Shown: positions 31,553 through 40,653 of the stretch, piece after piece
Layout: every line of letters starts with the position of its first letter
How positions within the stretch are numbered: position 1 is the stretch's first letter
NCBI GenBank assembly: GCA_022072025.1
Contig: JAJVIP010000017.1
Coordinates: 53,462-117,461 of the forward strand
Direction of reading: 5' to 3'
From: Elusimicrobiota bacterium
GTDB taxonomy: Bacteria; Elusimicrobiota; Elusimicrobia; F11
Length of the DNA stretch: 64,000 nt
Notes under the pieces: model-generated
What the model saw: only the letters and a program-made list of their open reading frames with translations
The model's database searches: none
What the model was told of the DNA's origin: nothing
Translations under genes and position numbers: made by a program

Positions 31553-32403
31553 GGTTTAATCAAAATATTATCAATGAGTCGTGTCCGTCCCATGAACACA
31601 GCCGCCGCCAACAAAGCGGGGCGACGTCGAACTTTCATGGGCTCAAGCGTCGCAGGATCAACCATTTCAATGTAATCGATTTTGAATGACGGGTGAACTG
31701 AGAGGAGATGAGAGATTTTTTTGCATATCGCCCGAGGGCTCATGTGTGCGCGGGATGTTAAGAGTTTTCTCCCCTGCTGTAAAGCTTGGAACAATCGCGG
31801 CGCTTGCCGACGTTCTCGGGGAGATAAGAACACATTACGACTGGAACGGGCCAAACCGTCAGCCTCACGAAGGGTCGGGCACCGTATGATTTTGACGTCC
31901 CAGTTGAGATCTTCGGTCATCTGTTCGATCATGCGGAGCTGTTGAAAATCTTTCATTCCAAAATAGGCCTTATGGGGACGGACAATATTGAAAAGTTTTG
32001 CCACAACTGTGGCCACGCCCACAAAGTGTTGTGGCCCTCTGGAGCGGGGAGCCCCGCACAAAGTATTGGTTAATTTCTTCACTCTCACCTCAGTCACATG
32101 ATTGGAACCGTACATAACATCCTGAGAGGGAGCAAAAAGCACGTCCACCCCCACAGAATTCAAAAGCCGCACATCCGCTTTAAAGGGACGAGGGTAGCGT
32201 TTAAAATCTTCCCTGGGACCAAATTGCGTGGGGTTCACGAATATCGAAACCACCGTAAATTTGTTTTCACGTTTGGATCGTTTGATCAATGACAAATGCG
32301 CTTCATGCAGCGCCCCCATCGTTGGCACAAAACCAATGGATGCTTTAATAGGGAGACTGGAACGCCACCTTTGGAAGGAGGAAGGGGAATACAAGATTTT
32401 CAT
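31549..32403 (-). CDS. panC: Pantoate--beta-alanine ligase
   Basis: VPTMGALHEAHLSL signature. Start set at MKILY. Confidence 0.85.
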   Translation of the reverse strand: MKILYSPSSFQRWRSSLPIKASIGFVPTMGALHEAHLSLIKRSKRENKFTVVSIFVNPTQFGPREDFKRYPRPFKADVRLLNSVGVDVLFAPSQDVMYGSNHVTEVRVKKLTNTLCGAPRSRGPQHFVGVATVVAKLFNIVRPHKAYFGMKDFQQLRMIEQMTEDLNWDVKIIRCPTLREADGLARSSRNVFLSPRERRQAPRLFQALQQGRKLLTSRAHMSPRAICKKISHLLSVHPSFKIDYIEMVDPATLEPMKVRRRPALLAAAVFMGRTRLIDNILIKP

Positions 32404-32416
32404 ATTGGATAACTTT

Positions 32417-33217
32417 TTAATGATAGCTGTGCCTTGCACTCGGGAAACGGCGCGCGCGGACATCCGCTGAAAATCGTTTAAGAGCGGCCTTCATAAGGGG
32501 GCGAACCTGGGCATAGGCGGCCACAAATTTGGGACTTGGACCTTCTGAAAATCCAAGGACATCGTCCAACACGAGAATTTGACCATCACATCCCGCTCCG
32601 GCACCGATGCCAATCGTTGGAATTTTTAGGGCCTTCGTGACGCGGTTGGCCAAACTTTCTGGAACTCCTTCTAAGACAAGCGCAAACACACCTGTATTTT
32701 CAAGCAACTTGGCTTCCTTTAGTAATTGCGCCGCGGCTTTCATCGTCCGCCCCTGAACCCGATAGCCCCCCTGTTGATGAAAAGATTGAGGAGTCAGTCC
32801 CAAATGTCCCATGACCGGCACATTCGCGTTCAGAATAGCTCGAACGGATACAATCACGCGCTCTCCTCCTTCCACTTTGACCGCCTGAGCGCCGGCTTCT
32901 TTAACAAAGCGGCCGGCCGCTTGGGCCGCCATCCATGGCGCATATTCGTAGGATTGAAAGGGCATATCCGCAACAAGAAGGGATTGGCGAATTCCTCGGC
33001 TCGCCGCTTTGGTGTGATGGATCATTTCATCCAAAGTCACCGGAAGCGTGTTGGGATATCCAAGCCGTGTATTCGCGAGCGAGTCTCCGACCAAGGCCAC
33101 ATCGACTCCTATTTCATCAATCAAGCGAGCCGAAGCCGCGTCATAACAGGTCAACGCAACTATAGGGCTTTTGGTTTTCTTTTTAGATTGCAGGGTAAGA
33201 ATTGTGTTCCGTTCCAC
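32417..33217 (-). CDS. panB: 3-methyl-2-oxobutanoate hydroxymethyltransferase
   Basis: LTCYDAASARL...VGDSLANT motif. Confidence 0.85.
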   Translation of the reverse strand: MERNTILTLQSKKKTKSPIVALTCYDAASARLIDEIGVDVALVGDSLANTRLGYPNTLPVTLDEMIHHTKAASRGIRQSLLVADMPFQSYEYAPWMAAQAAGRFVKEAGAQAVKVEGGERVIVSVRAILNANVPVMGHLGLTPQSFHQQGGYRVQGRTMKAAAQLLKEAKLLENTGVFALVLEGVPESLANRVTKALKIPTIGIGAGAGCDGQILVLDDVLGFSEGPSPKFVAAYAQVRPLMKAALKRFSADVRARRFPSARHSYH

Positions 33218-33714
33218 AGAGCAAAGATCGTAACTCTTTGACCCAGAGGCGTCAATTTTCTCAACAATGTCCTATTTTGGAGACCCAAAACTGGATGAAC
33301 GAATCGGGGGGCCACATCACAAAAAGGAACCAATACAAATCGCCTTAGGTGATAACGCGGGTGAGGTAATAATAAGGCTCTACTACGAACCACCCGCTGA
33401 CCCACGGCCAACAGGTCAAGATCAATCGAACGAGGCCCCCATTTTGTTCGCCGCACACGCCCCAGCTTTCTCTCAATATCAAGAAGTTTCAACATCAACT
33501 GTTGAGGAGCGAATGAAGTTTGAACCATCAACACTCCATTCAAATAGTCAGCCTGAGGGGGCCCTCCCACCGCTTGTGTTACATAAAGAGATGAAACACC
33601 CAACAATTTTACTCCAACCAAATGACGAATGAAATGCACAGCGTTGGATAGAAATGAAACGGAGTTTCCCTGGTTCGATCCCATGGCAATATAGGCTTTC
33701 ACGGCCAGAATCAT
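33160..33714 (-). CDS. folK: 2-amino-4-hydroxy-6-hydroxymethyldihydropteridine pyrophosphokinase (HPPK)
   Basis: AYIAMGSNQGN...GPRSIDLDLL signature. Start trimmed to MILAV. Confidence 0.8.
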   Translation of the reverse strand: MILAVKAYIAMGSNQGNSVSFLSNAVHFIRHLVGVKLLGVSSLYVTQAVGGPPQADYLNGVLMVQTSFAPQQLMLKLLDIERKLGRVRRTKWGPRSIDLDLLAVGQRVVRSRALLLPHPRYHLRRFVLVPFCDVAPRFVHPVLGLQNRTLLRKLTPLGQRVTIFALWNGTQFLPCNLKRKPKAL

Positions 33715-33766
33715 AGCAATCGACGGAATCCAACAGCGTATCCGTCGGCAAAATAAAAAATATTTC

Positions 33767-33795
33767 TTGACTACAAATTTCCTCTCATGTACTCT
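33767..33795 (+). promoter_or_regulatory. Sigma70-like promoter TTGACT-17-TACTCT for the small repeat-protein gene
   Basis: Read directly. A strong Shine-Dalgarno AGGAGGA lies 7 nt before the ATG at 33847. Confidence 0.4.
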
Positions 33796-33846
33796 CACCG
33801 TCGCAACAATGAATCATATCGACGAAAAAATTCAGGAGGACCTAAC

Positions 33847-34068
33847 ATGGCTCAAAAAGTAGCGAAAGCTGGCGTAAAGAGAGAAGATGGGTTTCTATAT
33901 TTCATCGACAAACAAGGCGACATTTCTCGTGCGAAAATGGCGCGCGGCGGAAAGAAAGGCGGCAAGCCCCAGAAAGTAACCAAGCTCGGACTCAAAAAAG
34001 AAAAAGGGTTCCTTTATTTCCTCGATAAGCAAGGCGACGTTTCTCGCGCAAAAATGGTGAGAAGGTAA
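33847..34068 (+). CDS. Small basic protein (73 aa) built from two tandem 30-aa repeats (K-x-E-x-G-F-L-Y-F-x-D-K-Q-G-D-x-S-R-A-K-M)
   Basis: Strong RBS, its own promoter, an internal perfect duplication, and a rho-independent terminator immediately downstream. Confidence 0.5.
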   Translation: MAQKVAKAGVKREDGFLYFIDKQGDISRAKMARGGKKGGKPQKVTKLGLKKEKGFLYFLDKQGDVSRAKMVRR

Positions 34069-34095
34069 GTACTCCTCAAAATTTCGCAATAAAAA

Positions 34096-34128
34096 GCCCC
34101 CGCCAAGAACTTTGGCGGGGGCTTTTTT
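34096..34128. terminator. Bidirectional rho-independent terminator (GCCCCCGCCAA-GAAC-TTGGCGGGGGC flanked by an A-run and a T-run)
   Basis: Perfect 11-bp stem with a 4-nt loop, followed by TTTTTT. Sits between convergent genes. Confidence 0.8.
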
Positions 34129-34149
34129 ATGTCCAGAAATGGGCGCTGA

Positions 34150-34761
34150 TTAAGAAATTTTTATTTGATTGGATTGTGACTTGAGCTCGGCAACGGCCTG
34201 ATCGAGTTTATCGGCTTGGGCAATATTTCCTGAAGATCGTAATTCCTTAGAAATCCCTTCGACTTTATTCAAGGTACCCTCTCGCGCCTCTCGTTCTTTT
34301 TTTATTTTACTTCGGAGCCCCGCCAAACCTTGATTGAATTCATCGGCGAGATCCTGCATTTGATCATGTTTTCTCAAACGAACAAAAATAGACAAATTCC
34401 CTTCCTTCATTTCTTTGAATATCTTTTCAAAACGGTAAATGGGTCCCGCTAAAAAATGAGTCAAAAATAGAACAAGCCCAAATGTGAGTGCCATAATCAA
34501 AAATCCCGTTTGTCCAATAATGGAGGTAAGAGATTGAAGTTGAAGCACAGCATCCTCACCAGTGACAAATCCCGCCTCAATCATTTTATTCACCGCAACA
34601 CGGCTTTCCAGCCAAATAATCAGTGTCGACACCGAAAGGATGGCCAGCAATATAAAACTCAACTTAAATTGAAAGTGATGCTTAATAATATATTGCCCAA
34701 AAAAGCGGTTGACTCTTTTGGGCTGGCTGGATGAACTCACGCTGAGTTGTTCATTTGACAT
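34150..34761 (-). CDS. Small 2TM membrane protein with a HAMP-like domain (paralogue 2 of 3)
   Basis: FGQYIIKHHFQFK...AGPIYRFEKIFKEMKEGNLSIFVRLRKHDQM...KKEREA. Same architecture as the 34975 gene. Confidence 0.45.
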   Translation of the reverse strand: MSNEQLSVSSSSQPKRVNRFFGQYIIKHHFQFKLSFILLAILSVSTLIIWLESRVAVNKMIEAGFVTGEDAVLQLQSLTSIIGQTGFLIMALTFGLVLFLTHFLAGPIYRFEKIFKEMKEGNLSIFVRLRKHDQMQDLADEFNQGLAGLRSKIKKEREAREGTLNKVEGISKELRSSGNIAQADKLDQAVAELKSQSNQIKIS

Positions 34762-34974
34762 ATTGATTTCTCCAGATCATTTGATTGAGGTTGATTGACA
34801 AAATACCCCTTGTCAAGACTTTGATGACTATGGGAGGAGAAAAGTGAATAAAGCATTCTACCTTTCGAGAAAATGCCACTCTATCAAGCTCTACGGAAAT
34901 TTCACTGCAAAATCAAATAGTCGATTCACAAAAACACTTGATATTCAGATCTTAATATTCAGGCAGTAGTGGTT

Positions 34975-35580
34975 TTAAATATTGATTTGAGGAAGGTGGT
35001 CTTTGGATTTCCGGAACAATTTATCAAGTTGGTTGGCTTGCTCTGAAAATCCAAGATCTCGCCATTCCTTTACGAGACTGTTTGCTTTTATCCACAAAAC
35101 GTCATTGGCTTCACGTTCTTTTTTTAATTTGTTTCGAATGCTGGAAAGAGCCTGATTCAGGAGATCGGCGCTTTCCTTGAACTCATCATGTCCTCGCAAC
35201 CGAACATGGCCTCCTAAATTCCCATCGCGCATCTGTTCAAATGTCTTCTCAAAGCGAAAGATAGGACCTGCCACAAAATGAGAAAGAAAAAGAGTTAATG
35301 CAAAAATAACCACCGCTGCCAAAAAACCGGTTTTTCCTGTAATGCCCACAAGCAATTCAAGTTGTTCCTTTACGTCTCCTTGGACGGCGTTGGTATCAAT
35401 CAAGCGGCCTACAATCCAGTGACATTCGAGCCAGACAATACCGAGGAAAACCGCCATGACGCCGGACAGAACCAACGCACATTTGAATTGAAACCCATGC
35501 TTGATAATGTATTGCCCAAAAATCCGATGGGTTTTGCTCGGTTGAATAACGTGACTGTGTAATGTTCCTTCTTTTAACAT
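34975..35580 (-). CDS. Small 2TM membrane protein with a HAMP-like domain (paralogue 3 of 3)
   Basis: FGQYIIKHGFQFK...AGPIFRFEKTFEQMRDGNLGGHVRLRGHDEF...KKEREA. Collinear with paralogue 2. Confidence 0.45.
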   Translation of the reverse strand: MLKEGTLHSHVIQPSKTHRIFGQYIIKHGFQFKCALVLSGVMAVFLGIVWLECHWIVGRLIDTNAVQGDVKEQLELLVGITGKTGFLAAVVIFALTLFLSHFVAGPIFRFEKTFEQMRDGNLGGHVRLRGHDEFKESADLLNQALSSIRNKLKKEREANDVLWIKANSLVKEWRDLGFSEQANQLDKLFRKSKDHLPQINI

Positions 35581-35738
35581 TCACACCTCCTTTGAAGTCC
35601 GTTTGAATCTACATCCGATAGCCTATAAATTCCATTGTTTTTGAAGGAACTTTCACCACATCAAATGTGCAAAACGTCACGTCCCAAATATACAAGAATA
35701 TTCTGGAAAGCTATGAAATTCACATATATATTCATTTC

Positions 35739-38297
35739 ATGCGCCAAGTCTCGGAAATTAATCAGTCAACATCTGGAACGACATTAGTCGAACTGATGGT
35801 AGCCGTTGCGATACTTGGCATCGTTAGCATTGGACTCGTGGGTGTATTTGGCAACCTCGGCAAAGCAACACAAACTTCAAAAAACCGAACCCTTGCCGCA
35901 AATCTCGCTCAAGAGAAGATGCAAATCTTAAAAGAGCAAATTTTCGACAAAGTCCTTGTTACCACCTCCACGGCCTATCTGTACGATTTTGACCCTCCCA
36001 TTCCCTATGATACAGGCTATTATCCGCCGGAGCCAATTTTGGAGGGTGGCATACGATTCACGCGCTATACGTTCGTTGAGGTGACAGACGAAAACAGCGG
36101 GGGCTTGGTTTATTTAGGAGCTGTACCCGATTCAGGAATGAAGGCCATTACGGTGACCGCTGTTTGGACCCAGGGAACAGAAATTAAAAAGATCCAAATC
36201 AACAACATTCTTGGGAACATCAATATGAGAATGAACAATGCCATCGTGAGTGGCCAGGTCACCAATTCAGCCACTTCAACTGGGATCCAAGGCGCACTAA
36301 TAACCATGGCAGAAAACGTCGGTTATCAGGATTTCAGCGATGCCAGCGGTAACTATCTCATTAACTTGCTTCCAGGAACCTATACGATGAGCGTGACTGC
36401 AAGTGGCTATTTTCCGTCCTATTTGACGGTTTCCGTTCCCCCTACGTCCCTCACTCAACCTATCTCTTTGGTCGCCATGGGTTCGGGAACAGTACAAGGA
36501 ACAGCCTGGATCAACAACCATTTGGTTATAAGCCAGGTTGTTGGGAGTTCAATCAGTGCAACGGGCTTTAATCAAGAATGGGTGGAGGTTTTCAACCCAA
36601 CGACTTGGACATGGACCGCTTCGGGTGTAGGCCTTAAATTTCAGCGATCAACCGCCCTCGATCTGTCGCCGGTGAATATTTCAATAAATTATGTTTCTCC
36701 TTCCATCGCGCCTGGTGGTTTCTATCTCTTTGCGAACACAACTACGATTACCGCTGCCGGAACCGTACTGAACGCGGACGCCACATGGAATCTGACCGCA
36801 GGAACAAATGACACTGCCTTCAGCCCGCGATTTAACTCATCGGATCCGAACATTATCACGACATACGAAGATACGAATACTTGGGGAAGGGGGAGTGTTC
36901 AACTGTACAACGTTTCCGATGGAACACCTCTTGACACAGTCGGATGGACAGGCGATGGGTCCCAGTCGCCTCCACTTTATGAGGGAAACGCTATAAGTCA
37001 GTTTGAAGGTTTGAACGACAACGAACAATTTTATCGTTACTCTAGTACCAGCGGTTACAACCCGGCTTACGGACCCGCTTATGATTCGGGAGATAACAAT
37101 ACTGACTTGAGTATACTGAGCTCTGTTGGGTGGGTTCCAAAGAACACGGCCAGTGCGACTGTTCCTGTGGTTGCGGGTGTCCCCGCCATCGGTGCGTTTG
37201 TAACGGCGACGGATGGCCTTTCGCAGACGGTGAATGCAAGCTCATTCGGCTCTCCTCCCTGCGCCCAATTTCAGCTGACTTCGGTAGCCACAGGCACCTG
37301 GACTGTGTATATCGCAAGCTCCAGTCTTTATATGGAGATATCGTCAGTTACTGTTTCGCCAAATACAACCACATTGGTACCCAATGCCAACACTTCGCCT
37401 TCATGGCCATCAAGCGGGTACAGCTCAGTTATTTTGTCATCGGTCGCGACTCAGGGATACGTTTCGGGATGGGTGAAAAACGCTTTAGGAGTCGCGATCA
37501 GTCCAGCCATCACCGTCAGCGCGGGTTCTCTCACGGCTCAAGCCAATACTTCGAATGGGACGTATATATTGCCGGTATCCCCAGGTACTTATGACATTAT
37601 GGCGAATGTTCTTAACCCTAATTCTCTTTATGTGTGGCAGGCATCGCAATCCGTTGTGGTTAACCTCGGAGAGGTCACCTCAAATGTTAATTTCAACTTA
37701 ACTCAGGGCGGAAAGGTCAGAGGATTTTGTACGCGCGATGGGACCAATGCTCTACCTGGGATTGTGTTTACGGCCGTTGATGCTGGTGGGGCCACGGTGG
37801 ATCAAGAAGTATCGGGAACCGATGGCATCTATATTTTGCAGAACTTGTCCACCGGCACTTACACCATTTCTCCAAGTTTAGGATCAGGAGAAATCGCGAG
37901 TCCCACCAATACATCTGTGACGGTAATTGCTGGAACCACAGTCAATGCGGCCACATTCACGATTTCCGGCGCGTTCGGCAGCATTGCAGGCAGTGTTACG
38001 GAGTCCGGCCAGGGCATAAAGACGGGCGTTATCATTGTGTGTTCGACAATGACTTTGTCGAGCGGCCCGCCACAGCTCAGCACCAGCACATTAACCTCCG
38101 CCTCCGTTTACGTGACCAACAGTTACGAAGACGGGACCTATATCGTCGACGTTCGTGGAAGCACAACGACGACTTATGTCCTTTACGCTTATTACCCAAA
38201 ATTCAGCGGTTCTGCTCCTGTGATTAGCTCAAGGACCGTGACCAACGTGTCTGTCACGCCGGGTTACCGCACATCAGGAGTTAACTTTGCTTTTTAA
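35739..38297 (+). CDS. Large pilin-like surface protein (about 850 aa): type IV prepilin N-terminus fused to a lamin-tail-like domain and CarbopepD-regulatory-like Ig domains
   Basis: Prepilin cleavage/methylation motif SG|TTLVELMVAVAILGIV with E at +5. LTD-like NQEWVEVFNPT...APGGFYLFAN. Three or more SGQVTN...GxYxxxxxPGTY units. Confidence 0.65.
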   Translation: MRQVSEINQSTSGTTLVELMVAVAILGIVSIGLVGVFGNLGKATQTSKNRTLAANLAQEKMQILKEQIFDKVLVTTSTAYLYDFDPPIPYDTGYYPPEPILEGGIRFTRYTFVEVTDENSGGLVYLGAVPDSGMKAITVTAVWTQGTEIKKIQINNILGNINMRMNNAIVSGQVTNSATSTGIQGALITMAENVGYQDFSDASGNYLINLLPGTYTMSVTASGYFPSYLTVSVPPTSLTQPISLVAMGSGTVQGTAWINNHLVISQVVGSSISATGFNQEWVEVFNPTTWTWTASGVGLKFQRSTALDLSPVNISINYVSPSIAPGGFYLFANTTTITAAGTVLNADATWNLTAGTNDTAFSPRFNSSDPNIITTYEDTNTWGRGSVQLYNVSDGTPLDTVGWTGDGSQSPPLYEGNAISQFEGLNDNEQFYRYSSTSGYNPAYGPAYDSGDNNTDLSILSSVGWVPKNTASATVPVVAGVPAIGAFVTATDGLSQTVNASSFGSPPCAQFQLTSVATGTWTVYIASSSLYMEISSVTVSPNTTTLVPNANTSPSWPSSGYSSVILSSVATQGYVSGWVKNALGVAISPAITVSAGSLTAQANTSNGTYILPVSPGTYDIMANVLNPNSLYVWQASQSVVVNLGEVTSNVNFNLTQGGKVRGFCTRDGTNALPGIVFTAVDAGGATVDQEVSGTDGIYILQNLSTGTYTISPSLGSGEIASPTNTSVTVIAGTTVNAATFTISGAFGSIAGSVTESGQGIKTGVIIVCSTMTLSSGPPQLSTSTLTSASVYVTNSYEDGTYIVDVRGSTTTTYVLYAYYPKFSGSAPVISSRTVTNVSVTPGYRTSGVNFAF

Positions 38298-38790
38298 ATC
38301 CAACAAAGGACAAAAGGGCACAACTCTTATCGAATTGATGATTGTCGTATCGATATTGGGAGTTATCGTCATGCTAGCCCCCAATTTATACAAGCAGGTC
38401 CGGCGTTTCTTTTTTTTGAATAGCGCGAAAGTTGAACTTCAGCGGGAAGCGCGTTCTGTGATGGAGCTGGTTACACGGCGATTGCGGCAAGCGAGTTCGA
38501 CAACGTTGGTGATGGATCAAGCAAGCGGTCAACCCTATTATTCAAGGATTAGGTTTACCGACATCGACTCAAATACGAACGTTTATTATCAGAGTGGGAA
38601 GAATCTCGTAATGAGCGTCAATGGTTCGACAAGAACCCTAACATCCAATTTGCGATATCTCGCTTTTGCATTGCCACGCTCGGATGATATGAACATTGTT
38701 TCAGTGGCTTTGACACTTGAAAAATCAACATACGAAGGCCAAACCAAAGCGCTCCATATGGCCTCGGAAAAGGTTAGGTTAATCAATTAA
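38287..38790 (+). CDS. Prepilin-type minor pilin/pseudopilin
   Basis: KG|TTLIELMIVVSILGVIV N-terminal methylation motif. 167 aa. Overlaps the upstream gene by 11 nt. Confidence 0.65.
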   Translation: MLFKSNKGQKGTTLIELMIVVSILGVIVMLAPNLYKQVRRFFFLNSAKVELQREARSVMELVTRRLRQASSTTLVMDQASGQPYYSRIRFTDIDSNTNVYYQSGKNLVMSVNGSTRTLTSNLRYLAFALPRSDDMNIVSVALTLEKSTYEGQTKALHMASEKVRLIN

Positions 38791-40196
38791 TGAAAAACAA
38801 ATCGAAAGGATTCGCGTTACCAGCCGTCTTGGCGATCATGCTCGTGTGCATGGTTTTATTGCCAGCTCTTGTTATGTGGATGCAACAGGACATGAAGATG
38901 GCAGTGAAAACCCAGAAGACCAGTCTTGCTTTTAATCTGGCAGAAGCAGCGGTTGATCGGGGCATGTGGAAACTAAAAAGCTCGAGCTCGACATTTGCGC
39001 AGGCAGCCGCTGGAACGGTTATTACCGGTTATAACTTTGACACAACCTATGTTGATGTCGCGGGCGGCACTTACCGGATTAAATTTTCGTCCGGCCCGGC
39101 CGCGCGGCAAGTCACTATTTGGGGTGAGGGACGTGACGCGGCAAACAATGCGACTCGTTCGGTCCAAATGGTGGTTCAAAATCAGACTATTTACAGTGCT
39201 TTGATGGCGGGAGGAAACACCACATGGGCCAAAGGACTTATTATTTTTTGGGGGCCGATTATCTCGCAAGGCAACATCGCAATCCAAGATGATATTGTTG
39301 GAGGAATCTACTACCCTCAAAAGTACGCAAAAGGCACGGTGATCGGAACTGCTACCAATCCAAGAGATACAAATGGACCGACCCCACCGAACACAGACAA
39401 CACAGAGTGGTGGTCTCAATATGAGGGTGTGCCCGATGTTCCTGTATTGGATTTCGCCTCATTACGGTCCTCAGCGGCGGCAACAGGCACGTTAAACGTT
39501 TATGGATGCCGATCTACCCAAGGAGGGGCTGGCACCAACAACAGCGCGACTGCGTGGGACACTCGCGCATCATGTACCGCCTCCGGAGCGCATGCCACCC
39601 ATTTTGGCAATCCATGGTGCCATCCGAAATCAGCCCGAAATCAACCCAACAACAGCTATGTATGGTATTGGGACGGAGACGTCACTTTAAGTGGTGGAAG
39701 CAGCGCCAATCAAAGTTGCGGACTCCGTGGCATGGTGATAGTCCGAGGGAATTTAACCATCAACACCCCTGGCGAATATAAGTACACGGGCCCGGTTCCG
39801 ACAAACGCATGGCAACAACACAAGAAATTCACAAAGACTACTTATGATACATCGTCATCAAGTCAATACCCTGCTGATACTGGTCTTAACTCCTCCGCGT
39901 CCACTTTTTCTTTTGGCACGACTGGGTTCGGCGTTCCAGGATTGGGAACTGGTCCTTACCAATGTACGGTTGGTATCAGGGGTTTTACGTATGTAGGCGG
40001 AAACTTAAGCATCCTCAATTATATGGACTTCAATGGAGCCGTGTGGGTCAATGGAACGGTTTCGTCCAGTGGCGGCACCTTATCAACTTCTTGTGGAATA
40101 TTTTACGATGAAACATTAGATGTCCCGGCCCTGAACGTAATTCTCGTCCGTTCGTCGTGGAATGAAGTCACTCCGAGCTCTTCCCCATGGTTATAA
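38790..40196 (+). CDS. PilX-like minor pilin (N-terminal PilX domain) with a large variable C-terminal region
   Basis: The KGFALPAVLAIMLVCMVLL hydrophobic N-terminus resembles PilX_N. Start overlaps the upstream stop. Confidence 0.5.
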   Translation: MKNKSKGFALPAVLAIMLVCMVLLPALVMWMQQDMKMAVKTQKTSLAFNLAEAAVDRGMWKLKSSSSTFAQAAAGTVITGYNFDTTYVDVAGGTYRIKFSSGPAARQVTIWGEGRDAANNATRSVQMVVQNQTIYSALMAGGNTTWAKGLIIFWGPIISQGNIAIQDDIVGGIYYPQKYAKGTVIGTATNPRDTNGPTPPNTDNTEWWSQYEGVPDVPVLDFASLRSSAAATGTLNVYGCRSTQGGAGTNNSATAWDTRASCTASGAHATHFGNPWCHPKSARNQPNNSYVWYWDGDVTLSGGSSANQSCGLRGMVIVRGNLTINTPGEYKYTGPVPTNAWQQHKKFTKTTYDTSSSSQYPADTGLNSSASTFSFGTTGFGVPGLGTGPYQCTVGIRGFTYVGGNLSILNYMDFNGAVWVNGTVSSSGGTLSTSCGIFYDETLDVPALNVILVRSSWNEVTPSSSPWL

Positions 40197-40653
40197 GTGA
40201 TAAGTGTTCTTTTCCATTTCCGCTATCTTCTAAAAGGAGCTTTTTTGATCCAACATTTTTTCCTGTTTTTCTTCGGAAAATGGGCAAGATGCTTACAGTT
40301 TTCGCCATCACGTCAGCGTTGGGTTATACGATGAGTTCGAGTTGGTATAAGGCGGCAATTCGTGAAAATGGTTACGATGATCCAGAGGTCACCGCGAGAG
40401 AAATGGTGAATCACAAAAAAAGTCAGATGGGCTTCTCTCGGCGTTTTTTACTCCACGAGCTCGCTCCAGTCCTGATCTCCTGGTGGAACTTCAGGTCTGG
40501 AAGCAGGATTGCTCGGCAAATTGTTCAAATCCCATTGCGGCGATTCAAAGGGATTTCGATATAGGACAGATGCGTATGGCCAAACGATTTGAAAAGGTCG
40601 CCGTTGGGGAAACCACTCAATTGAAGCGCGGTTAAATAGAGGAACAATTCGAC

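Noticed and set aside
35600-35738. Sigma54-type promoter upstream of the pilin operon (TGGAAAgctatGAAAT)
   Set aside because: It lacks the conserved -12 GC and the GG-N10-GC spacing is not met. Too weak to call.
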